Positions 43,158-51,500 of a stretch of DNA of 64,000 bases are shown here, one piece after another. The first letter of the stretch is position 1. Each line of letters begins with the position of its first letter. A program made the position numbers and the translations under genes. Origin of the DNA: Oscillospiraceae bacterium. Its GTDB lineage: Bacteria > Bacillota > Clostridia > Oscillospirales > Ruminococcaceae. The notes beneath the pieces are model-generated. The model saw only the letters and a program-made list of their open reading frames with translations. It ran no database searches and was not told the origin of the DNA. The stretch lies in NCBI GenBank assembly GCA_024404815.1, contig JAKSPL010000006.1, positions 7,414 to 71,413 of the forward strand. Reading direction: 5' to 3'.

Positions 43158-45452
43158 ATGCGCGTTGATTTGATATCAGCAACCAGATCTCATTCCAAAG
43201 AGATTCATGCAACCGTCAACGGCAAGCATACTGCGTGCCGTATCAATTTGAATAAGCCTGAGAACATTGGTCACTATACATCTGTCGGCGAGATGAAGGA
43301 TCTTGTCGAGATCACTTGTGAAAAATGTAAAAACGCGATCGCAAAGCAGCTCATTCGTGAATCCAATAAGGAAATGAAGATGATGCTGAAAGCGGAGCAG
43401 AAGCAGCTCAAACAGGATGATATGGCAATGCGTAAGAGCGGTGCCGTACCGAGCAGAGAGGCTTCTCCGATCGCTGCACCGCCTGCATATACGCCGCCGA
43501 GCAGCGACGGGGAATATATCCCGCCTTCGATGCGCCGTCAGCAGGGAAACCAGCCGATCGTATCTCCGACGCCGTCTGTATCTGTTCCGATTTCTGCACC
43601 GGAATCTTCCTTAGAAGTTCCGACAGTTCCGACCGCGCCGCAGATCCCGCGCCCTGCACAGAGCAGCAATGATGTTCTGTCGCAGTTTGCGATTCCTGCC
43701 GTTCCGACTGCACCGCAGACACCGCAGCCGAACACAAATGACGTCCTGTCGCAGTTCTCGATCCCGACACCGCCGACTGCACCGACACTTGATAAAGTCG
43801 ATGATGTGCTGGCACAGTTTGCCGTTCCGACTGCACCGCAGACGCCGCAGCCGAGCACAAATGACGTTCTGTCGCAGTTCTCGATCCCGACACCGCCGAC
43901 TGCACCGACACTTGATAAAGTCGATGATGTGCTGGCACAGTTTGCCGTTCCGACTGCACCGCAGATGCCGCAGCCGAGCACAAATGACGTCCTGTCGCAG
44001 TTCTCGGTTCCGACACCGCCGACCGCACCGACACTTGAGAATGTTGATGATGTACTGTCGCAGTTCAATGTGCCGACTGCTCCGCAGATGCAGAGCGGTG
44101 TACCGAGTGTTTCTGTACCCGAACTGCCTGAACAGGAAGTACCGACGCTCGAACCGTATGTTCCTTCGAACGGTGCGCCGACACTTTCCGAACCGGATGA
44201 TATTCTCGCACAGTTTGCAGTTCCGAAACAGCCTGTCAATGCAGCACCTGCCGCAGAGCAGTCTGCATCCTTTGATAATCTGGCGAACAGTCTGTTCCAT
44301 TCGACCGCACCGACAGATGAGATTCCTTCTGTGCCGACTGCACCGCAGGTTCCGTCTTTCAATGCACAGCTTGCTGAACCTGAGATTCCGTCTCTGGAAC
44401 CTGTCGGTCAGCCGCCTGTCCTTGACGATATGGCAGATTTGAGCGACTTTTCCGCTAGTTTGTCCGATGAGGAGGAAATCATCGAGGTACTGCCTGAGGC
44501 ACTGAAGGAAACTGCCAACCCGTTTGAAGAACTGTCCTCGGAGGTCCCGAGTCTTGACGATTCTCTGGATGATCTGATGGTCATGCCGTCGTCCTTAAGC
44601 GAGGTTCCGTCTGCACCGTCCGTACCGAACATCTCGAATGTTGCTTCTGTACCGGAAGAAGATGTTTTTGCCGCGCTTGACGATGTACTGCCCGATTTGA
44701 ATACGGTTCCGACAGCACCGACTTCGGAACTGCCGAACATTCCCGAACTGCTGAATGTACCTGAGGCACCTTCGATGCCGATTCCGGAACAGCCGATTCC
44801 TCCGCAGATGCAGCCGCCGCAGCAGCCGCTTCCGCAGTATAATATGCAGAGCGATGTGGATGCGCTGAATGGTGAGAATGTTCCGACACCGCAGTATCAG
44901 AAACCTGAAAGCAATTTGTTTGCAGTTCCGAAAGCACGTAAAGAACGGAAACCCGGCACTCCGCCTCCGCTTTTTGTCGGTTACAGCGCAGAGGGACGTC
45001 AGGTGTTCCAGGAATATGATGAATTCGGCAGACCGATTCCGATTACGGAGCCTGTATACAGCACACCGCCGCAGGAACCTGAAAATCCGTTTGTACAGGC
45101 TGCAAAGAGTGCGAACGGACTGCAGCAGAATGCCGCACCGGTTCTGGACGTCGAAGATCTGATGGATGCTATGGGCATCGAGAATCCGAAAAAGAATCAG
45201 CCGAAGCCTTCTGATAAGCCTGTTAATTTCACGGAATACAAGATGCCGCAGAAGACAGCGAAGAAGCAGATGGCTTCCGTACCGTCTTCCGCCGTGCCGA
45301 GTGCGCAGCCGAAACAGGAAGGTCCTGTATCTGTTGCAGAAGCAAAACGCCGTAAGAAGCTCGATAAGATCAATAAGGAATTTGAAAAGCAGCTTCGTGC
45401 CCGCGGTCTGGATCCGCAGACGGGTGCTTATGTCGGCAAGCAGAAGAAGTAA
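43158..45452 (+). CDS. Proline-rich repeat protein with small N-terminal Cys/His domain and basic C-terminus
   Basis: 764-aa ORF with GGAGG RBS and no signal peptide or TM helix. N-terminus has HTACRIN...CEKCKNA. Eight DVL(S/A)QFx(V/I)P motifs in a P/T/A/Q-rich matrix. C-terminal KRRKKLDKINKEFEKQLR. Confidence 0.7.
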   Translation: MRVDLISATRSHSKEIHATVNGKHTACRINLNKPENIGHYTSVGEMKDLVEITCEKCKNAIAKQLIRESNKEMKMMLKAEQKQLKQDDMAMRKSGAVPSREASPIAAPPAYTPPSSDGEYIPPSMRRQQGNQPIVSPTPSVSVPISAPESSLEVPTVPTAPQIPRPAQSSNDVLSQFAIPAVPTAPQTPQPNTNDVLSQFSIPTPPTAPTLDKVDDVLAQFAVPTAPQTPQPSTNDVLSQFSIPTPPTAPTLDKVDDVLAQFAVPTAPQMPQPSTNDVLSQFSVPTPPTAPTLENVDDVLSQFNVPTAPQMQSGVPSVSVPELPEQEVPTLEPYVPSNGAPTLSEPDDILAQFAVPKQPVNAAPAAEQSASFDNLANSLFHSTAPTDEIPSVPTAPQVPSFNAQLAEPEIPSLEPVGQPPVLDDMADLSDFSASLSDEEEIIEVLPEALKETANPFEELSSEVPSLDDSLDDLMVMPSSLSEVPSAPSVPNISNVASVPEEDVFAALDDVLPDLNTVPTAPTSELPNIPELLNVPEAPSMPIPEQPIPPQMQPPQQPLPQYNMQSDVDALNGENVPTPQYQKPESNLFAVPKARKERKPGTPPPLFVGYSAEGRQVFQEYDEFGRPIPITEPVYSTPPQEPENPFVQAAKSANGLQQNAAPVLDVEDLMDAMGIENPKKNQPKPSDKPVNFTEYKMPQKTAKKQMASVPSSAVPSAQPKQEGPVSVAEAKRRKKLDKINKEFEKQLRARGLDPQTGAYVGKQKK
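43737..44105 (+). repeat. In-frame tandem repeat, 123-nt (41-aa) period, three copies
   Basis: aatgacgt(c/t)ctgtcgcagttctcg... recurs at 43737, 43860 and 43983. Unit is NDVLSQFSIPTPPTAPTLDKVDDVLAQFAVPTAPQTPQPST. Confidence 0.85.
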
Positions 45453-45467
45453 TTGTTGAACCAAACA

Positions 45468-45510
45468 AACAGCGGTTCTTCTCTGAAAAACGAGAAAGCC
45501 GCTGTTTTTA
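45468..45510 (+). terminator. Intrinsic terminator
   Basis: aacagcggttcttctc / gagaaagccgctgtt stem followed by tttta. Confidence 0.65.
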
Positions 45511-45535
45511 TCCTGTTTAGGAGGAATGTTATATC

Positions 45536-46549
45536 ATGGAACAGGAAATCACATCACAAAATGAACCACAGGCAGATGTTGTAGCCAAAGCAAACAAGTC
45601 GTATTCTCATGCTGTATTGAATATCGGAATTTTCACCTGTTTGTCGATTGGATTACAGTTTCTGCTCGGCAAATTGGTATGGCAGCTGTTTCCGAATTTG
45701 GAAGGGTCAACAGCAGAAAATGTCAGCTATCTTCTGGCGTTTCTCCCTATGTACTGTATCGCTTTTCCAATATATGTGCTGCTTTCGCGGAAGCAGGAGA
45801 CCGCGCCGCCGAAGCAGGAAAAGCTTAGCATCGGCTGGTTTTTCGGTTATCTGATGATCGGAAAGGCACTGGCACAGGTCGGTACGTATATGTCCATGAT
45901 TCTGGGTGCGATCGTATCGAAGATCTGCGGCGCAGATATTCAGGACACAACGCTTTCGGATGCGATCACGGGTGACAATCCCGGTCTGATTTTGCTGTTT
46001 GCGGTATGTGGTGCGCCGATCGTCGAAGAATTGATTTGCCGAAAGATTTTCATTGACCGAGTACGAAAATACGGCGACGGCAAAGCCATTGTTATGTCAG
46101 GTCTGCTGTTTGGTATGCTGCACGGCAATTTTACACAATTATTCTATACGGCAGGTCTGGGCTTCCTTTTGGCATTTGTCTACGTCAAAACAGGACGTAT
46201 TATTTATACGATCCTGCTGCATATGGCGTTCAATTTCCTTGGAAGTGTTGCGCCGCTGCTGATGAATGTAGATAAACTGCTGAATGTGATGAGCCCTGAG
46301 GCCGATCTCGCCACGCTGCAATCGGGCGAAATGGTGCCCGCAGGCATTTACTTGCTGCTGAATTGTACGCTGATAATTGGCGGTGCGATTTTGCTGATCG
46401 TTGAAATTGCAAAGGGCAGGTTGTTCCATGTGGAGGAACCTGAGGAAGCGATTCCTGCGAAGAAGAATTTCTATGTAACTTGTCTGCATATCGGTATGGC
46501 TGTATTCCTTGCGGTAACGATCGCGACATTTGTATTGAGTATCATATAA
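45536..46549 (+). CDS. CPBP family intramembrane glutamic endopeptidase (CAAX/Abi)
   Basis: Motifs APIVEELICRKIF, LLFGMLH and HMAFNF within a multi-pass membrane protein. GGAGGA RBS. Confidence 0.85.
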   Translation: MEQEITSQNEPQADVVAKANKSYSHAVLNIGIFTCLSIGLQFLLGKLVWQLFPNLEGSTAENVSYLLAFLPMYCIAFPIYVLLSRKQETAPPKQEKLSIGWFFGYLMIGKALAQVGTYMSMILGAIVSKICGADIQDTTLSDAITGDNPGLILLFAVCGAPIVEELICRKIFIDRVRKYGDGKAIVMSGLLFGMLHGNFTQLFYTAGLGFLLAFVYVKTGRIIYTILLHMAFNFLGSVAPLLMNVDKLLNVMSPEADLATLQSGEMVPAGIYLLLNCTLIIGGAILLIVEIAKGRLFHVEEPEEAIPAKKNFYVTCLHIGMAVFLAVTIATFVLSII

Positions 46550-46604
46550 GAAAAAAGGGCATCCCTGAAATCCATCAGGGATGTTCGATTTATTAAAAAA
46601 GTAT

Positions 46605-46840
46605 GGGGGAACCCCTTGATAGGGTTCCCCCAAGCCCCCTCCTGATCTTTTGGAAGGAGGGGGTATTTCGCGCTCTGCGGAGCGCGATGAGGGGCGCCGC
46701 CCCCTCAACCCCTGCGATTTTTTGAAAAAAATCGAGTAAAACTTTTGATATGAGAACCTTTCATATGCGATTCGTAGGGGCGACCTGTGGTCGCCCGCAT
46801 CCCATAAATGATTCCTGCTGTCATTGCAGAGATACAACTT
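46605..46840 (-). repeat. Structured multi-hairpin intergenic repeat, copy 2 (inverted relative to copy 1)
   Basis: Reverse complement aligns with 27881-28135 (aagttgtatct...atcgcatatgaaaggttct...tcgcgctccgcagagcgcga...). Some hairpins differ in sequence but still pair. Confidence 0.8.
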
Positions 46841-46850
46841 AATCGACAAA

Positions 46851-46890
46851 AAGAGCATCCCTGAAATCCATCAGGGATGCTCTTTTTGAT
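46851..46890. terminator. Bidirectional intrinsic terminator
   Basis: aaaaagagcatccctga / tcagggatgctcttttt perfect stem with A- and T-runs, 15 nt beyond the aqpZ stop. Confidence 0.85.
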
Positions 46891-46904
46891 ACGTGATACA
46901 AGAA

Positions 46905-47609
46905 TTATTTCTTGTCAGATTCGAGGAATTTGTAGGTGACTGCTGCAATCGCTGCACCAACGAGCGGACCAACGATGAATACCCACAGGCAGGAAATCGG
47001 TGCGCTGTTGCCATCGAACAGAGCAACGAGTGCAGGACCGAAACTTCTTGCAGGGTTGACAGAAGTGCCTGTCAGACCGATGCCGAGGATATGTACAAGG
47101 GTGAGCGTAAAGCCGATAACCACGCCGCCGAAGCTGCCGTGACCTGCTTTTTTCGAGGTGACGCCGAGAATGGTCAGGACAAAGAAGAAGGTCAGGATGA
47201 TCTCAACAAGCAGACCTGCAACAGCATTGTCACCGACACCTGCCAGACTGTTTGTGCCGAAGCCGCCTGTTTTGTCCTCGACATTACCGAGCGAGAAGAT
47301 GAGTGCGAGCAGACCGGAACCTGCAAATGCACCCAGACACTGCGAAATGACATAGCCGATGAATTCCGAAACGCTCATGCCGCCGCTCAGCAGAACACCG
47401 AGCGAAACTGCAGGGTTGATGTGACAGCCGGAGATATTGCCGACACAGTAAGCCATGCCGACCATCGTCAGGCCGAATGCGAATGCGGTCAGCAGATAAC
47501 CGCAGCCGCTTGCCGCGTCACAGCCGACCAGCATTGCCGTACCGCAGCCCAGTACGACGAGGGTGAGGGTGCCGATGAACTCGGCGATGTACTTTTTGAT
47601 GTTTTCCAT
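46905..47609 (-). CDS. aqpZ: Aquaporin (MIP family channel)
   Basis: Two NPA boxes (HINPAVS, SVNPARS) and six hydrophobic helices. GGAGG RBS. Confidence 0.9.
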   Translation of the reverse strand: MENIKKYIAEFIGTLTLVVLGCGTAMLVGCDAASGCGYLLTAFAFGLTMVGMAYCVGNISGCHINPAVSLGVLLSGGMSVSEFIGYVISQCLGAFAGSGLLALIFSLGNVEDKTGGFGTNSLAGVGDNAVAGLLVEIILTFFFVLTILGVTSKKAGHGSFGGVVIGFTLTLVHILGIGLTGTSVNPARSFGPALVALFDGNSAPISCLWVFIVGPLVGAAIAAVTYKFLESDKK

Positions 47610-47666
47610 TTGATTGCCTCCGTTTCATATTTTTTTGCAGAGAAAATGGCATCCCTGCTTGTTATT

Positions 47667-47695
47667 ATTATACTACGGGAATTCGGTTTCGTCAA
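47667..47695 (-). promoter_or_regulatory. Putative sigma-A promoter, -35 TTGACG / 17 nt / -10 TATAAT (minus strand)
   Basis: Reverse complement reads cTTGACGaaaccgaattcccgtagTATAAT, upstream of aqpZ. Confidence 0.6.
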
Positions 47696-47707
47696 GTCCA
47701 TTCTGAC

Positions 47708-47746
47708 AAAAAATACACCTCCCATGCGATTGGGAGGTGTATTTTC
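47708..47746 (-). terminator. Intrinsic terminator after thrH
   Basis: atacacctccca / tgggaggtgtat stem; minus-strand reading followed by tttttt. Confidence 0.85.
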
Positions 47747-47759
47747 ATGTGATATGATT

Positions 47760-48371
47760 TCAGAGTGCTTCGCAGATCGCCGCCAGCAGTTCGTCATAGG
47801 TTTCGAATGCAGGATACTGCGGATAGTCTGCCTTGATCTGTTCGGTACTGCGGAACAGGAAACCGGCCTTGCTTGCCTGGATCATACCGAGGTCATTGAA
47901 GCTGTCACCGCTTGCAATGGTATCAAAGCCGATGGACTGCAAAGCCTTGACGGTTGCAAGTTTCGACTGTGCGATACGCATTTTGAAGCCTGTGATCTCG
48001 CCGTTTTCTGCGACTTCAAGCGTGTTGCAGAAAATTGTGGGCATACCGAGTTTTTCCATGAGCGGTGCGGCAAACTGTGTGAAGGTGTCGCTGATAATAA
48101 TGACCTGCGTTGTTTTGCGGAGGGTATCGAGGAATTCCTTTGCGCCGGGCATCGGTTCGATTTTGGCGATGGTAGCCTGAATTTCTTTCAGTCCCAAACC
48201 GTGTTCTTTGAGAATGCCAAGACGCCAGCGCATCAGTTTATCGTAATCGGGTTCATCGCGTGTGGTGCGTTTGAGTTCGGGAATGCCGCTTGCTTCGGCA
48301 AAAGCGATCCAGATTTCGGGAACCAGAACGCCTTCGAGGTCCAGACAGACAATATTCATTTCGCTTTTCAT
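47760..48371 (-). CDS. thrH: HAD-family phosphoserine phosphatase/homoserine phosphotransferase (ThrH-like)
   Basis: NIVCLDLEGVLVPEIWIAFAE...TTRDEPDYDKLM...ISDTF...GDSFNDLGM, closely colinear with Pseudomonas ThrH as recalled. ATG at 48371 after GGGAGGAA. Confidence 0.8.
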   Translation of the reverse strand: MKSEMNIVCLDLEGVLVPEIWIAFAEASGIPELKRTTRDEPDYDKLMRWRLGILKEHGLGLKEIQATIAKIEPMPGAKEFLDTLRKTTQVIIISDTFTQFAAPLMEKLGMPTIFCNTLEVAENGEITGFKMRIAQSKLATVKALQSIGFDTIASGDSFNDLGMIQASKAGFLFRSTEQIKADYPQYPAFETYDELLAAICEAL

Positions 48372-48522
48372 AGAATCAGATTCCTCCCTGAATGTTATGC
48401 AATTCTGCAATCAATGATACATCTATTATACACCAAAAACGACAGTTTGTAAAGGGCGGACAGAGCATTTCTTTCAGAATTCACAAAAAATGTCGAAATG
48501 TTACGCATTTACAAAATATTCA

Positions 48523-48551
48523 TAGACAATCAGGATGAAGTATGGTATAAT
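48523..48551 (+). promoter_or_regulatory. Putative sigma-A promoter, -35 TAGACA / 17 nt / -10 TATAAT
   Basis: TAGACA at 48523-48528, TATAAT at 48546-48551, upstream of the giant S8 gene. Confidence 0.5.
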
Positions 48552-48582
48552 ATAAAAGCATTACATAACAGGAGGTGCTTGA

Positions 48583-51500
48583 ATGCACAACAGACATTAT
48601 CGAAAGGCTTTGGCGTTTCTGACCTCGCTGGTTCTGGTCGGGACGGCAATGCCGGAAAGTATCGTGACAGAAGTCAGATCCTCTGCACGCACGAAAAATC
48701 TCTCTCTTGCAGACTTTTCGGCGGAGATCAAGGCGATGGAACCGACTTCTGACAGCAGCGGACGATTTGAAAAACTTCGGTTTGACGCTGCGGAGAAAAA
48801 GCTGTATCAGGATGAGCAGGAAGTGACAGGTTCCTGCGGCGGTTTTGTCGTGAAAAACGGCAGTCTGTGCGTAAAAGCATCCTATGCGGCAACTGCAAAG
48901 GAACAAGCAGAGGTTGCTTCTGATGCGACAATTTCCTTGGAGGAAGCACGCAGTAAGATCGGCTGTGAGGTGCTGGAGAAAGCGGACGGCAGTATGGAGA
49001 TCATCTCTCCGTTCCAGCTTGCCCGTCTGATTGTCAAATCGGAAAATGCGGTTGACAGTCTGAATGCAGTTTCGACTGTTGAGGACTATCGGAATCTTCA
49101 TGTTCTGCAATTTGAAACACCTGCCGATGCGTATACGGCATATCAGCATTATCAGAAGCTGGACAATATTGAGTTTGTCACGCCTGACCGTGTGGTACAT
49201 ACCTGTATAAACGCTTCGACACCGTCCTATGCGAAAGAACTCTGCTGGGGCAATCAGGCGATCGGCTCCAAAGAATTCTGCGAGCGTCTGACATCTGAAC
49301 ATGAGGAACTGCCCGACATTAAAGTCGCTGTCATTGATACAGGCTATTATGCAGACCATGAACTGCTTCGTGACAGAATAGCTGACGGGGCGAAGAGCTT
49401 TATCTATAAAGACAGAGAATTTCCGATTGATGTATTCGGACACGGTACGCATTGTGCAGGCATTATCGCTGCTTCTACGGCAGATAATGTCAGCATTCTG
49501 CCGATTTCTGTATTAGGTGACGACGGCTATGGCGATACATTGGAGATCTATTGCGGAATGATGTACGCCGCAGAACAGAATGCGGATGTTGTCAGCATGA
49601 GTCTGAGCGGTTATGGTGAAGAACCGCTGGAAGATGAGGCGGCAAAAGTATTGGCTGAATGCGGTACTGTGCTTTGTGCTGCTGCTTCGAATGATGACGG
49701 TGACGATGCAAGAAACTATGCGCCCGCAAACTGTCCCGGTGCGATTACGGTTTCTGCAATAGATTCAGACTATGAGCTGGCGTATTTCTCGAATATCGGC
49801 GAGATCGTGGATATTGCCGCACCCGGCGTGGATATTTTGAGTGCAGGTAATCAGTATCCCACGGAGTATGTGTCGATGGACGGTACCAGTATGGCGACAC
49901 CGTATGTTGCAGCTTGCTGTGCGGATATTCTCTCTGCGCAGCCCGATTTGTCCGTTGATGAACTGAAAGCACTGCTGTTTGCCAATGCTGTGGATCTCGG
50001 CGAAGAAGGCCGCGATGAGAAATACGGTTACGGTATGGTGTGCCTGAAAGATTTCGATTTCCATATTCTGGACTGTGCCGCACCGAATGCGACATTAGAA
50101 TCAGGCAGCTACGAAGAAGCACAGTCCACTCTGTTGGAATGTGACACCGAGGGCGCAGTGATTTACTATACGACAGACGGTACTGCACCCGACAAGGAGA
50201 ACGGCATTCTTTATCAGAATAAGGCAATCAAAATCGGGCAGTCCATGACGCTGCGTGCTGTTGCAATGCTGGACGGCAAATACAGTTCAGAACGCAGTTT
50301 TGTCTATGAGATCGCTAGGAAAGATACTGCGAATGCGCTGGAGATCAAAGACGGTGTTCTGACGGCATATCACGGCTGCATGATTGATCTGAATTTGTCC
50401 GATGAGAAAATCACGGAAATCGGCGAGGGAGCATTTGCAGGCAATGATACGCTTGAAACCGTCATTCTTCCGAGTTCATTGAAAAAAATCGGCGCACGCG
50501 CATTTGCGGATTGTGACGCGCTTTGTTCTGTGGAAGGAAAATGTGCAGAAACGATTGGCGATGAAGCATTTCGCAGTTGTGATGTTTTGTATAACTTCCG
50601 CCTGAATACGGATGTTAAGGAACTGGGCGAAGCCTGCTTTATGGAATGTCCGTCGCTGAATGAATGTATCGGACTGGAATCCCTGACTGAATTGCCTGCG
50701 TATACGTTCTGCGGTGATGAACAGCTTTCTGTTCAGCTTCCGAATCTGACGGTCATTGGTGACTATGCATTCAAAAACTCCATTCTGGAATCGGAAACGC
50801 TGTGTTGGGAGAAACTGACCAAAATCGGCGCACACGCAATGGAGAATTCGTCTATCCAAAATTCTGTGCTTTCGCTTCCGAATGTCACAGAATTTGGCGA
50901 ATATGCGCTGGCTTCTTCATATGCTGAACAATATGAATTTTCAGAAAAACTGACAGCACTTCCTGAGGGATTGCTGATGAATTGTACGCTGATGACGAAG
51001 CTTTCCGCGCCGAATGTGACAAAAATCGGTGCATATGCGCTTGCACTGTATCCGGATGCTGCATACCGCTTCCCGATCATCGGTTTTGAGAATCCGCTGG
51101 AATGGGATATTGACTGCACAAAGGTCACAGAGGTTGGTGCGGCGGCGTTTGCAGGTCTTTGGATCGATCAGGATCTGTCCTTTGATTCGCTGACATCTGA
51201 TGCGGCGGATAGTTTTGCAGGATTCATGGTGTCACAGCTGAATCTTCCTTCTGTGAAACGGATTCGTTCGAACAGCGAACAGCTCAATTCGACGTTTGGA
51301 CTGTATTTCTTTGCAAATGTGCTGTGTATGGAAAATCTGGAAGAAGTATACAGCGATGATATCGGCTATGCGACGGCACTTGTATGCGGCGATAAGGTCA
51401 AGAAATTCTCGCTGTCCGAACAGAATCCTATGTTAGAGGAGATCATGCTGGCGGCACCGAAAGACAGCCTTGTTGAAACCTATGCAAAGAATCACGGATA

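Noticed and set aside
43737-44105. Regular 123-nt repeats, considered as a CRISPR-like array
   Set aside because: The units are contiguous with no spacers, lie in frame within a long ORF and encode a 41-aa protein repeat. No cas genes are in the window.
43408-44362. Minus-strand ORFs of 208-274 aa inside the Pro-rich gene
   Set aside because: They are open only because the sense strand is a low-complexity repeat. There is no RBS, and the sense frame has a promoter, RBS and terminator.
46893-48452. 519-aa plus-strand ORF
   Set aside because: It runs antisense across both aqpZ and thrH, including their intergenic promoter and terminator, which is impossible for a real gene. Both minus-strand genes have diagnostic motifs.
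48520-49452. 310-aa minus-strand ORF
   Set aside because: It is antisense to the 5' end and S8 domain of the giant protease gene and covers that gene's promoter.
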